Shown: piece by piece, positions 1 through 8,474 of the stretch
Position numbering within the stretch: the stretch's first letter is position 1
Layout: each line of letters opens with the position of its first letter
Assembly: GCA_037444485.1 (NCBI GenBank)
Contig: JBBIMI010000008.1
Location: 1-36,095, forward strand
From: Candidatus Micrarchaeota archaeon
GTDB lineage: Archaea > Micrarchaeota > Micrarchaeia > Norongarragalinales > Norongarragalinaceae
Length of the DNA stretch: 36,095 bases
Direction: 5' to 3'
Translations under genes and position numbers: made by a program
The notes under the pieces: generated by a model
Databases searched by the model: none
Seen by the model: the letters and a program-made list of their open reading frames with translations, nothing else
What the model was told of the DNA's origin: nothing

Positions 1-201
1 AGTCTTCGCTTGTTCACCAATCTTCAAAACATAGGTTCCGTCACCATACTGTTTTGGTGATTGGTTTGCGTTAACGATAGCGAATTGCGAGTTGCTTTCG
101 TCAGTCGAACCACCGGGAAGCACTTCAAGAGCAGCTGCGAAAGGCAGCAGCATTACCGTAAAAACAACTGCAACAACTGCAAGCAAACCAGTTTTCTTCA
201 C
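1..201 (-). CDS. Secreted/surface protein, N-terminal part (runs off window)
   Basis: Manual translation from GTG at 201: MKKTGLLAVVAVVFTVMLLPFAAALEVLPGGSTDESNSQFAIVNANQSPKQYGDGTYVLKIGEQAKT; Sec-type signal peptide; SD GAGGTGG upstream; open to window edge. Confidence 0.75.
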   Translation of the reverse strand, partial: MKKTGLLAVVAVVFTVMLLPFAAALEVLPGGSTDESNSQFAIVNANQSPKQYGDGTYVLKIGEQAKT

Positions 202-739
202 TTCAAAACCACCTCTCACCAATTTTTTATTTTTTCTGGATTTTTTCTGAATTCATTCCGGATTTGATTTTCTGAATTTTGATTTTCTGAATTCAATGCA
301 GTACTGCCGAGGCGACTAGAAAGAAAAAAATTATCCAAGCGGAAACTGCGAGAACCAAGTCAACCTCCATTTTTCTTTTTCACCACGTTCTTGCTTTTAT
401 TATTCTTTCTTTTATTCTTTCTCGCTTTTCTTTCTCGCTTTCACTCAATTCTTGTTTTTTCGAGTTTTTTCGAGTTTTTTTCGACGTGATAGCAGTGATC
501 GCGAAAACATTTCCTACCGGCGCAAGAATTCCTTTAATTTTTTATTTTTATTTTTAATTTTTTATTTTTTTTTGCATTCTTGATTCGTTTTTCTTTTTCC
601 AATTTTCCAACCTACCGCAATTCAATGAAAAAACATTTATTTAATAATTGAGTGGTTCGATTAAAGCAAAAAACCGTCCAAAAAGCTTTTTTAGCCGAAA
701 AAATGTTTCTCCTGCCTTTTTCGAATCTTTTTTCGCGTT

Positions 740-1786
740 TTAAAGGTTTTTGAACCAGTCAGTGAACTCTACTATCTTGTGTTTTCCAAACGGCGTTGTT
801 TTCACTATGTTGCGTTTTTCGAGTGACTGCACCGCACGCAGAAGACTTGTTTTCGGCATTAGGAGTTCGCGCGCTATTTTCGCTTGCTTCATCCGCCCCT
901 CATTCGCGAGAAGCAGTTCGGCGACTGAGCGTTCGCGTTCATTCAACGCATTCAAAACCATGCGCTTTTTTTCTGTTAGCTTTCCAGACTTGACGCTTTT
1001 TTTTGCAGCGGATTCTCTTGGTTTTATTGCTTTCTCCGCGGTTGGTTTTGCGCGTTTGAAGTAAAAGAAAAACACTGTTGCGGCTAACAGGATTGCGAGA
1101 AGAATTAAGATAATGTTGAATTTGTTGAATTCTTCGCTGCCGCGGTCCACCATGTTTTTTAGTGTTATGCGGGTTTGCTTTAATTCGCCGCGCTTCAAGT
1201 TAACGTCGGCAAAACCAGTTTTAGAATCTAGTGACGCGGTAATCCTACACGCGCCTGTTGGAATGAATCGAAGCATGAAATTGCCGTTCGCGTCCGAAAC
1301 GAGTTTCTCTTTGTTTAACCACTGCTTGTCTAACACTCTAACGCATTCTATTTTCAACTGCGCGTTTGAAATCAAGTTTCCAAACTCGTCTGCAACCTCG
1401 CCCCTCACACTAGCAACTTCTTGAAAGTAAACGAGGAAGGAAGCATCTCTCGAAACATTAATTTCACCGACTGCTGTAAAATCTTTGCCCGGCGTTCCGT
1501 AATCGTCGGCTTCAGCTAGAAAACTCCAAACACCCGCATTCAAGTAAGCGGTCAACGAACCATTCGCGTCAGTTTGTTCAATCACAGTAACCGGAATACT
1601 TGAATTGTTTTTTTCTTGAAAGTAGTAAGTTATTAATTGGTTCGCAATCTCGTGGCCTGTCGAAGCATCTCGCGCGTAAAGACCGGCTATGTAGGCGCCA
1701 GTCGGAAACATGGGCGGCAAGTCCGCGGCTGTGAAAGCGCTTGCTGAAACCAAAAGAAAAAACGAGAATACGAGAGAATCTCTCAT
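740..1786 (-). CDS. Membrane-anchored protein: extracellular beta-sandwich (carboxypeptidase-regulatory-like) region, one TM helix, C-terminal winged HTH (COG2512-like)
   Basis: Signal peptide; TM IILILLAILLAATVFFFYF; C-terminal LNERERSVAELLL...QAKIARELLMPKTSLLRAVQSLEKRNIV HTH pattern. Confidence 0.7.
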   Translation of the reverse strand: MRDSLVFSFFLLVSASAFTAADLPPMFPTGAYIAGLYARDASTGHEIANQLITYYFQEKNNSSIPVTVIEQTDANGSLTAYLNAGVWSFLAEADDYGTPGKDFTAVGEINVSRDASFLVYFQEVASVRGEVADEFGNLISNAQLKIECVRVLDKQWLNKEKLVSDANGNFMLRFIPTGACRITASLDSKTGFADVNLKRGELKQTRITLKNMVDRGSEEFNKFNIILILLAILLAATVFFFYFKRAKPTAEKAIKPRESAAKKSVKSGKLTEKKRMVLNALNERERSVAELLLANEGRMKQAKIARELLMPKTSLLRAVQSLEKRNIVKTTPFGKHKIVEFTDWFKNL

Positions 1787-1826
1787 GATAAATAATTACT
1801 TAAAACTTGGTTTTAAAACCAGTTGT

Positions 1827-2477
1827 TTAAATCAAGTTTTTTCCTGAAACTATTTTCTTTAACTCGCGCAGCGAACGAATCCGCCGCGCCTTCAAGCCAG
1901 CGTTCCTCGCGCGCGCGAGGAGAATCGTCTTCACGCCAGCGCGCTCGCCAGCCAACACGTCAACGCGCGTGTCACCCACGTACAATGCTTCGCTTGGCTT
2001 TACGCCTAATTCGCGCACTGCCAGGCGCAGCAAGTCCGGCGCAGGTTTTGGTTTCAACCGCTTGCCTTGCGAATCCGTCGTCGCCACGAAGTCGACTGCA
2101 TTCAACCCAAACATTTTATCGAGTTCTTTGAATTGCCAGTAGTAACCGTTTGTTACGATTCCAGTCCTCACGCCTCGCGCGCGCAGTTTCTTGACGGTTT
2201 CAAGCGCGCCAGGCGTCACGCGCGCATAGCGCTTGTTGTAATCGGCGTAATGCGCCCAAAGCCAGTTTCGCGCGCGTTTCTTGTTCTTGTCGAAAAACTT
2301 TTTCGGCAAGAGGTGTGAAATCCACTGCAAGCCACTCAAGCCAGCGTAACGTAACACTTTCTCGCGCGGCGGGCGCGGAAAGCCGAAGTGTTGCACGCAG
2401 TCAGCGAAAAGCCGCGCTAGCGCCTCGTCGCTGTCCAAGAGCACGCCGTCAACATCGAATAGAATTGCTTTAAACAT
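1827..2477 (-). CDS. HAD-superfamily hydrolase (phosphoglycolate phosphatase-like)
   Basis: Motif I FDVDGVL, motif II VTN, KPAP, motif IV YVGDTRVD. Confidence 0.9.
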   Translation of the reverse strand: MFKAILFDVDGVLLDSDEALARLFADCVQHFGFPRPPREKVLRYAGLSGLQWISHLLPKKFFDKNKKRARNWLWAHYADYNKRYARVTPGALETVKKLRARGVRTGIVTNGYYWQFKELDKMFGLNAVDFVATTDSQGKRLKPKPAPDLLRLAVRELGVKPSEALYVGDTRVDVLAGERAGVKTILLARARNAGLKARRIRSLRELKKIVSGKNLI

Positions 2478-2698
2478 TAGTTATTACCAATTATTCAGCG
2501 TATTTTGGTTATGTAAGCTTTTTTTTCAAGAAGTTTAACAATTTTTAAACTTTTTTAAACGAAGAACTTTTTTGGTTATAGAGAAACGTATTTTCAATTC
2601 GAGTGGTTTCTCGATTTTCTCAATTTTTCAATATTTTTTTAAAGATTTTCAAGCAAAACCTTCAAAATTTTTTTTAATCACTTTTTGATCACTAAAAG

Positions 2699-2803
2699 TG
2701 CGGCCGGCGGGAGTCGAACCCGCGCCGTCAGCTTGGAGGGCTTATTCCCAACGCGTTTTCGAAAAACGCGTCGGTTGAAATCATACCGTTAGACCACGGC
2801 CGC
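2699..2803 (-). tRNA. tRNA-Gly(TCC) with 34-nt BHB intron at 29/30 (2742-2775)
   Basis: Acceptor GCGGCCG/CGGCCGC-A; T arm GCGGG-TTCGACT-CCCGC; intron removal restores anticodon stem TCAGC/GCTGA; BHB central helix ATTT/GAAT, inner helix CCGACGCGTTTT/AAAACGCGTTGG. Confidence 0.85.
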
Positions 2804-2830
2804 GTTCTTGAAATAAGTTTTTATGCGTTG

Positions 2831-2840
2831 GGTTATAAAA
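2831..2840 (-). promoter_or_regulatory. Probable TATA box of tRNA-Gly
   Basis: TTTTATAA on minus strand about 30 nt upstream of the tRNA 5' end. Confidence 0.45.
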
Positions 2841-2843
2841 AAG

Positions 2844-2985
2844 TGGGGCTGCCGAGATTCGAACTCGGGTCACAAGCATTCTGGAAAACGCGGAAAAGTC
2901 TTCGCGTTCGACCCCAAGCTTGCAGGATGCGTCGCCCGAAGCTCTCTGCAAACCAAAAAGCTTCGACAGGCTACCCTACAGCCCC
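2844..2985 (-). tRNA. tRNA-Pro(GGG) with two introns: 36 nt at 18/19 (2931-2966) and 33 nt at 37/38 (2879-2911)
   Basis: Acceptor GGGGCTG/CAGCCCC-A; anticodon stem CAAGC/GCTTG, loop TTGGGGT after splicing; 73-nt mature body; both introns are hairpins with BHB-like ends. Confidence 0.88.
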
Positions 2986-3080
2986 GCGAATAATTATTAT
3001 TAAAGTTATTATTGAAGTTCGCGTTTTTAAAACGCCGATAAAAAAGAAAAGGTAAAAAAAGAAGAAAAGGCAAAAAAGAA

Positions 3081-3300
3081 TCAGAATCTCTTGAAGGGCA
3101 GGATTTCATCAACGAGTTCCGCGCCGGTTTTCTCATCAAAGTACTGCGCGAGAAACATTCTCCTGCAGCAGTAGCGATCTATTCCCAGTTCGTCGAGCGC
3201 CTTTTCCTTGCTCTCGCCATTCAACACGCGCTCTTTGTAGTCATCCCAGTATTCCGCGACGGGCTTACCGCAACTGAAAGCATCTGACCGGAATCAACAC
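3081..3300 (-). CDS. rpoN: RNA polymerase subunit N (Rpo10), with apparent one-base frameshift at about 3277-3279
   Basis: Removing one base gives MLIPVRCFSCGKPVAEYWDDYKERVLNGESKEKALDELGIDRYCCRRMFL...; SD GGAGGTGG; canonical position after rps9. Confidence 0.92.
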
Positions 3301-3348
3301 GGTCAACACCACCTCCCAACCATTCTCAAAACGGTTTAACCTCTTTCT

Positions 3349-3654
3349 TTACCGCCTTACTTTCCTTTTTTTCTTAATGTAAGCGCTCAACTTGGCGGCC
3401 TTACTTAACGTCGTTGCGACCGGCAGGCCCGTAAAGCCGCATTTCCTGCAAGTGTAAATGCCTGCGATGTCGAAAGCTCCCGGCACAGCGCCGCGCAAAA
3501 CCGAAGGGCTTTCCACGTCGATTGACCCGCAGTTCACGCAAACCAAAACAATTTTTTGCAGAAGCTTTACAGCACGCGCTTTTACGCTCGCTTTTACGCG
3601 CGCTTTCTTTCCGTCGGCACGCGTCTTTTTCTTTGTTTTCTTCGTTTTCTTCAC
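3349..3654 (-). CDS. Small basic zinc-ribbon protein, unknown function
   Basis: Likely GTG start at 3654 just after rps9 stop; Lys-rich ends; CVNCGS...YTCRKCGF CxxC pairs. Confidence 0.65.
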   Translation of the reverse strand: MKKTKKTKKKTRADGKKARVKASVKARAVKLLQKIVLVCVNCGSIDVESPSVLRGAVPGAFDIAGIYTCRKCGFTGLPVATTLSKAAKLSAYIKKKRKVRR

Positions 3655-3661
3655 TTTTGGT

Positions 3662-4213
3662 TTACCTGTAGGATTTCGTAAACCTCGCGCGCGCCTTCGG
3701 ACCCTTAAACTTTTTGGGTTCGACGCGCCGCGGGTCTTCAACTAGCAGGGAACGGTCGAACTCCATAAAACGCTTGCGTAACTCTTCATCACCAGTATAC
3801 GCGACTAATGCGCGCGCTATTGCAGTGCGCGCGGCTTGCGCTTGCCCCATGCGTCCGCCTCCGCGCACGTTGACACTCACGTCTATCTTGCTTGCGTCAG
3901 TAAAGCGAAGCGGTTCGCTAATGATTTCGCGTTCTACCGGCGACGTGAAAGCGTTGATTCCGAGATTATTGATTTCGAGTATTCCTGTTCCTTCCCTGAT
4001 TGTCGCGCGGGCTATCGCGCGCTTGCGTTTTCCGCGTTCCACGAAAATTTTTTTTCTGCGCGAAACGCGTTGCTTTCTTTCCTTGAGTTCCTTCACTGCT
4101 TCGCCTGCCTTCGCTTCCTCGACTGCGGGCGGTTTTTCACGCGTTTTCCTGGGTGTTTTCGCTTTCTTTTCTTTCGCCTCGTCTTTCGCGGTTTCGCTTG
4201 TTTTTTTAACCAT
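3662..4213 (-). CDS. rps9: 30S ribosomal protein uS9
   Basis: GKRKRAIARA, VRGGGRMGQAQA, DPRRVEPKKFKGPKARARFTKSYR. Confidence 0.98.
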   Translation of the reverse strand: MVKKTSETAKDEAKEKKAKTPRKTREKPPAVEEAKAGEAVKELKERKQRVSRRKKIFVERGKRKRAIARATIREGTGILEINNLGINAFTSPVEREIISEPLRFTDASKIDVSVNVRGGGRMGQAQAARTAIARALVAYTGDEELRKRFMEFDRSLLVEDPRRVEPKKFKGPKARARFTKSYR

Positions 4214-4235
4214 TTTTTTTATTCAACTCGAAACA

Positions 4236-4661
4236 TCAAATATTTTTGTTCCAACCTAAATGCATGCACAATTCTTTTAGCGTGATGAATTTTGCGCCAA
4301 GTTTTTCAGCTGTTTTCACGGGCTTTTCCGCCTTCTTACCTTCGTACTCGCGAGGAACTCCCAGAAACGCTTTAATCGATTTTTCCGCCTTCGAGCCGCG
4401 CGGGCTTTTCGGAATCATTCCCTCAATCATTTTCTTGAGGAACAAGTCTGGCCTGCGCGGCGTTTTCGCGCTTTTCTCTGGATTAGCCTTGTTTTGAATA
4501 GAGCGTTTTTTGAAGTATTTTCTAACTACGTGTTCTGGGGCGCCGGAAATAACCGCCTTTTCAGCGTTTACTATTACCACAGTCTCGCCTGAAAGCGCTT
4601 TCTTTGCAGCGAAAGCAGCAAGCCGTCCTGCGACAGCGCTGTCAGCATCAATCAACAACAT
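4236..4661 (-). CDS. rpl13: 50S ribosomal protein uL13
   Basis: IDADSAVAGRLAAFAAK, VVIVNAEKAVISG. Confidence 0.97.
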   Translation of the reverse strand: MLLIDADSAVAGRLAAFAAKKALSGETVVIVNAEKAVISGAPEHVVRKYFKKRSIQNKANPEKSAKTPRRPDLFLKKMIEGMIPKSPRGSKAEKSIKAFLGVPREYEGKKAEKPVKTAEKLGAKFITLKELCMHLGWNKNI

Positions 4662-4697
4662 TTTTTCTCAACCAGCAACTTGTTTTTCAAACGATTT

Positions 4698-5087
4698 TCA
4701 AACAATTATCTTTATTTTCTTGCCTTCAGGATTTTTTTCAGCTAGTTGTTTGAGTGAAAGCACGTTCGAACCAGCAGCCTGCAATTGTTTCAATGCTCCA
4801 CTGGATATACTAAAACAACCGACTGCGATTTTTTTCTTGAACGCAAACCCCTTGCTCGAAACTACTTTCGCTGGAATTACCACAACGTCGCCGTCCGAGA
4901 CGAGCTTGTTTAACCTGTAGAGTGTCACTTCGCGACGCTTGCGAGCAGGCGTGCACAGCCTTCGCGCCGCCTCTAACCAAATTCGCGCCTTGCTTTTTTT
5001 TCCAACGCGTTTCAAGAAAAACACGAGGCTCTTCAACTCTGGGTTTTCAGGCCCGCGTGTTTTCGACAATCTTAACTTCAATTCCAA
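4698..5087 (-). CDS. rpl18e: 50S ribosomal protein eL18
   Basis: ARIWLEAARRL...RRREVTLYRL, VVVIPAKV, EKNPEGKKIKII; synteny with L13-S9. Confidence 0.95.
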   Translation of the reverse strand: MELKLRLSKTRGPENPELKSLVFFLKRVGKKSKARIWLEAARRLCTPARKRREVTLYRLNKLVSDGDVVVIPAKVVSSKGFAFKKKIAVGCFSISSGALKQLQAAGSNVLSLKQLAEKNPEGKKIKIIV

Positions 5088-5132
5088 TCAAACTCTTTTG
5101 AAACTCTTTCGTTTTTATTTCGTTTTAAAAAA

Positions 5133-5361
5133 TGCAGGGGCTGGGATTTGAACCCAGGCACTCCTAAGAGACAAGCACCTCAAGCTTGCGCAATGCCAAC
5201 CAATGGTTGTTTTCTCGAAACCACCTTGCCTGCAACCCTGCTGTACAGCGCTGCTGAGGACGGGTTTCTCAAGGAAAGTCAACCAAAAATTTTTGACCAA
5301 GCTCTGCCTTAGAGGGCGAACGAAAAAACAAAAAAACGAAAAATTATTCACCTACCCCTGC
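5133..5361 (-). tRNA. tRNA-Leu(GAG) with two introns: 45 nt at 8/9 (5309-5353) and 99 nt at 22/23 (5193-5291)
   Basis: Acceptor GCAGGGG/CCCCTGC-A; anticodon CAAGC-TTGAGGT-GCTTG; long variable arm; 85-nt mature body; BHB central helices AGGG/CTCT and GTCA/TGGC. Confidence 0.87.
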
Positions 5362-5408
5362 AGTCCCCTGCATCACCAATCCCAGTTTTTTTTCAACTTC
5401 TTTTTCAC

Positions 5409-5618
5409 TTATTCTTTGACGAGAACTTTCTTATCACGCGATTTCAACCCTTTTGCTATCAACACTTTGCTTCCTAGAATCTTTGAAAGCTCGCGGACAA
5501 GTTCATCGTTTGCCCTGCCTCCTTCGGCAGGCGCGCGCACGCGCGCTTTCAGCAAGCCATTTCCGAAACGAATTTCAAAGCGCTTCGCGTTCGGCGTCAC
5601 GCGAACCTTCAAAAACAA
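5409..5618 (-). CDS. DUF167 / UPF0235 (YggU-like) protein
   Basis: VRVTPNAK, VRAPAEGGRANDELVRELSK, GLKSRDK. Confidence 0.9.
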   Translation of the reverse strand: MFLKVRVTPNAKRFEIRFGNGLLKARVRAPAEGGRANDELVRELSKILGSKVLIAKGLKSRDKKVLVKE

Positions 5619-5663
5619 ATTTCTTGCTTCAACCCCGCTTGAAAAACTACTTGCTTGAAAAAA

Positions 5664-6419
5664 CTACTTTAATTCTTTTATTACTGAATCTATTTTTTCT
5701 TGGATGACCGTGAAAGCGCGTTCAAGTTGTTCGCGCGCGCTCAAGTTGTTGAATGACTCGATTGAGAAAACGAAAACGTTTTCCTCTTCCTTCTTTCTTC
5801 CAGCCTTCGCTTGCGCTTCCTTTGCGCATGAAGCGCATTGAAAACACGATTCCGGTGCTTTTTCTTTTAATGTTTTGAGTGCTTTTTCTGAAAGAAGCTC
5901 CCGCGGTTTCGGATTCAATTCGGTGCCGCACTTCCTGCATTTAGTCGCGAGCTTGAACTCGTCAAGCGCGCCGTAACTCGCTAACGCGCACTGGAATTTC
6001 GCATGCTGTTTTGCGGTGCCTTTCACTGCTAGCGCTTCAAGCCGCAGCTTTTGGCCTTTACCGAGTTTAATCAATGGAATTTTTTCTGCGAAAACCTTGA
6101 TTACTGGGTCAATGCTCGTCAACTCGCGCGAGTAAACAACTCTATCCACGTCCGCAGCCTCGACGTTCAACTCGAAAGCGATTTTCGCGTCGTCTGCAAC
6201 TCCTTCTTCGTACGAAAGAGGAATCAATGCGATTCTGTTCGCAACGTACTCGTTGAATAAGGGCGACGTGTTTTCGTAAATCGAAACCTCGTCGATTGCG
6301 AAGCAAGGTAAGTCGCTGATTACGGTTCTACGCAGCGAGTTAAGCAAATGCACGTCCGCGTTTTTTACGAGTAGGAACAGTTTCTCGCGCGATTCGCTCA
6401 AAACAGTAAATTCAAGCAC
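5664..6419 (-). CDS. rpoD: RNA polymerase subunit D (Rpo3)
   Basis: NSLRRTVISDLPCFAIDEV, ENTS, RIALIPL, KLGKGQKL, GTAKQHAKF; GTG start chosen behind SD-like AAGGTG. Confidence 0.97.
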   Translation of the reverse strand: MLEFTVLSESREKLFLLVKNADVHLLNSLRRTVISDLPCFAIDEVSIYENTSPLFNEYVANRIALIPLSYEEGVADDAKIAFELNVEAADVDRVVYSRELTSIDPVIKVFAEKIPLIKLGKGQKLRLEALAVKGTAKQHAKFQCALASYGALDEFKLATKCRKCGTELNPKPRELLSEKALKTLKEKAPESCFQCASCAKEAQAKAGRKKEEENVFVFSIESFNNLSAREQLERAFTVIQEKIDSVIKELK

Positions 6420-6512
6420 CAAAGCCGAACACCTTCCCAAAATTTTAGTTTTTTAACCTTTAATTTACCTTAAGTTTCTTAATCGCTGGTTAACCTACCT
6501 GCATTTAATTCC

Positions 6513-7031
6513 TTACACTCTGCGGCCCCTTTTTCCGCCAGGCCTCTTAGTAGTGTCAGTTGGAATGGGAGTGACGTCCTCGATTTTTCCGATGCGTAAT
6601 CCTGAACGCGCGAGAGCGCGAATAGCAGCCTGCGCGCCTGCACCAGGAGTCTTAGTCTTGTGTCCGCCTGGAGCGCGAACGCGCACGTGTACTCCGGTGA
6701 TGCCGCGTTCCTTAGCTTTTTCCGCAGCGCGGAAAGTTGCTTGCATCGCGGCGTAAGGGCTTCCTTCCTCGCGATCAGCTTTTACTATCATCCCGCCGCT
6801 TCCAGTCGCGATAGTTTCAGCCCCACTCAAGTCAGTAATCGTGATTATCGTGTCGTTCTTGGAAGAATAAATGTGTGCTACTCCCCACAATTCTTGTTGT
6901 GGTTTCGCGCGTGTTATCGTAGTTGTTGACCGGGTTGGCGTGGCCTGCGTTGGCGCTGTTGCTGCAAGCGCTTGACGTTGCGACTGCGTTTGTCTTGCTT
7001 GCTTTGATTCAACTTCAATCATTTTCTTCAA
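6513..7031 (-). CDS. rps11: 30S ribosomal protein uS11
   Basis: [44 protein letters not shown]. Confidence 0.98.
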   Translation of the reverse strand: MKKMIEVESKQARQTQSQRQALAATAPTQATPTRSTTTITRAKPQQELWGVAHIYSSKNDTIITITDLSGAETIATGSGGMIVKADREEGSPYAAMQATFRAAEKAKERGITGVHVRVRAPGGHKTKTPGAGAQAAIRALARSGLRIGKIEDVTPIPTDTTKRPGGKRGRRV

Positions 7032-7069
7032 CCAGTTTACTCGATTACTCCTTTCTTCTGCTTTATCGA

Positions 7070-7714
7070 TTATTCTGCTTGCCTTGCCTCAACGCTACCG
7101 GCTTTTTCAACGTGCTCCGCACTTGGTTTTATAACTTCGGTTTTCGACTCTGGCTCGCGCGACTCAGCCTTTCCTGACTCGGTTTTCTTTGCGTTCTTCG
7201 ACGCTGTTTCTTCTGCTTCGCCGCGTTCCACTCCAGCTACAGGTTTTTTAAACCAATTCACTTGCGTTTCTTCGTCAAAGCTAGTCAAGTATGATGGCAC
7301 CGTGACTTTTTTGCCGTTGATTGCGATGTGCCCGTGAACTATAAACTGTCTCGCTTGCTTCACAGTCCTTGCGAAACCCTTTTTTAAGACGATCGACTCT
7401 AGCCTGCGCGCGAGAATGTCGCGAGTCGTCAAGGCGAGAATGTCGTCGAGGCCAGCGTCTTGCTTGCTTATCAAAAACTTTTTCACGCGCTTCAAAAGCT
7501 TTTCCGCTCGTTCGTCAACGTTTTTGCCTTTTCGCGAGAGTAGGCGGCGTGCCTCACGCCGAATCTTGCGCAGAATCGTTTGCATTCTCCACAATTCGCG
7601 CGCGTTCTTCAAGCCGAACTCTTCGCGAAGGGATTTCTCTTCCTCGATGCGTTTTTCGTCCCATAGTTTCTTCGGCTTTTCGTATAGTTTTCTTTTTTTT
7701 CTAGGGTCACCCAT
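7070..7714 (-). CDS. rps4: 30S ribosomal protein uS4
   Basis: [36 protein letters not shown]. Confidence 0.98.
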   Translation of the reverse strand: MGDPRKKRKLYEKPKKLWDEKRIEEEKSLREEFGLKNARELWRMQTILRKIRREARRLLSRKGKNVDERAEKLLKRVKKFLISKQDAGLDDILALTTRDILARRLESIVLKKGFARTVKQARQFIVHGHIAINGKKVTVPSYLTSFDEETQVNWFKKPVAGVERGEAEETASKNAKKTESGKAESREPESKTEVIKPSAEHVEKAGSVEARQAE

Positions 7715-7775
7715 TTAAATCACTTGCGAAACAATCACTTGCAAAACCACTTGCGAGAACTACTGCTTCAAATCA

Positions 7776-8423
7776 CTACTTTTTTTCTTCCTTCTTGCCG
7801 GCTTCCTGCGCACCGGCTGCTGCAGCCGCTTTTTGCGTCTTGATTGCCTTTTTCAGCACGCCGACGGTCAAGCCAGTGCGGCCGGTAGTGCGCGTGTGTT
7901 GTCCGCGCACGCGTTGGCCGAGGCTTCGCCTCCAGCCTTTCCAAGAGCGAGTGTTTTTCTCTCGCTCGAGGTCTTGGCGAGTCACAAAAACCAAGTCGTT
8001 CGCTATAAGATGACGCGATTCGCCTGACTCAGGGTCTCTTGCCCGGTTTAATTGAAAGCTCTTGAAATCGTGTTTCAATGGCTCGCGAGCGAACGCTTCA
8101 ATTGTCTGCAGCTGCTGGTCGTTCAAGTCACCAACCATCACGTCTGGCTTGACGCCTAATTCTCTTGAAATCGCGCGAACGAGATTCGCGGAAGCGTTAT
8201 GCCCGAAGCCGCGAATCTTGCGTAAAGCATTCTTGATAGTAGTATGCCCCTCGATGTCGCGGCCGAGCAAGCGAATGATTCCGCGGAAGTCTTTCGATTC
8301 CTTGCCAGTCATCTTTACGGCGTGCGCGCCGCCGTGCGGTGCCGCATGCGATGCGGCGCCTAGTTTTCCGCCGAATTGCTTCGCTGGCTGCGACTGCGTT
8401 TGTCCTTGCGTTTGTTGAACCAA
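7776..8423 (-). CDS. rps13: 30S ribosomal protein uS13 (start TTG 8423 or GTG 8429; the longer ORF overlaps tRNA-Ser)
   Basis: FRGIIRLLGRDIEG, SWKGWRRSLGQRVRGQHTRTTGRTGLTVGV. Confidence 0.96.
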   Translation of the reverse strand: MVQQTQGQTQSQPAKQFGGKLGAASHAAPHGGAHAVKMTGKESKDFRGIIRLLGRDIEGHTTIKNALRKIRGFGHNASANLVRAISRELGVKPDVMVGDLNDQQLQTIEAFAREPLKHDFKSFQLNRARDPESGESRHLIANDLVFVTRQDLEREKNTRSWKGWRRSLGQRVRGQHTRTTGRTGLTVGVLKKAIKTQKAAAAAGAQEAGKKEEKK

Positions 8424-8435
8424 AACCACACGCGC

Positions 8436-8471
8436 CCCTAATTCTTTTTTGAACCCTAATTCTTTTTTGAA
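8436..8471. repeat. Exact 18-bp tandem duplication
   Basis: ccctaattcttttttgaa x2 immediately 3' of tRNA-Ser. Confidence 0.9.
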
Positions 8472-8474
8472 AAA

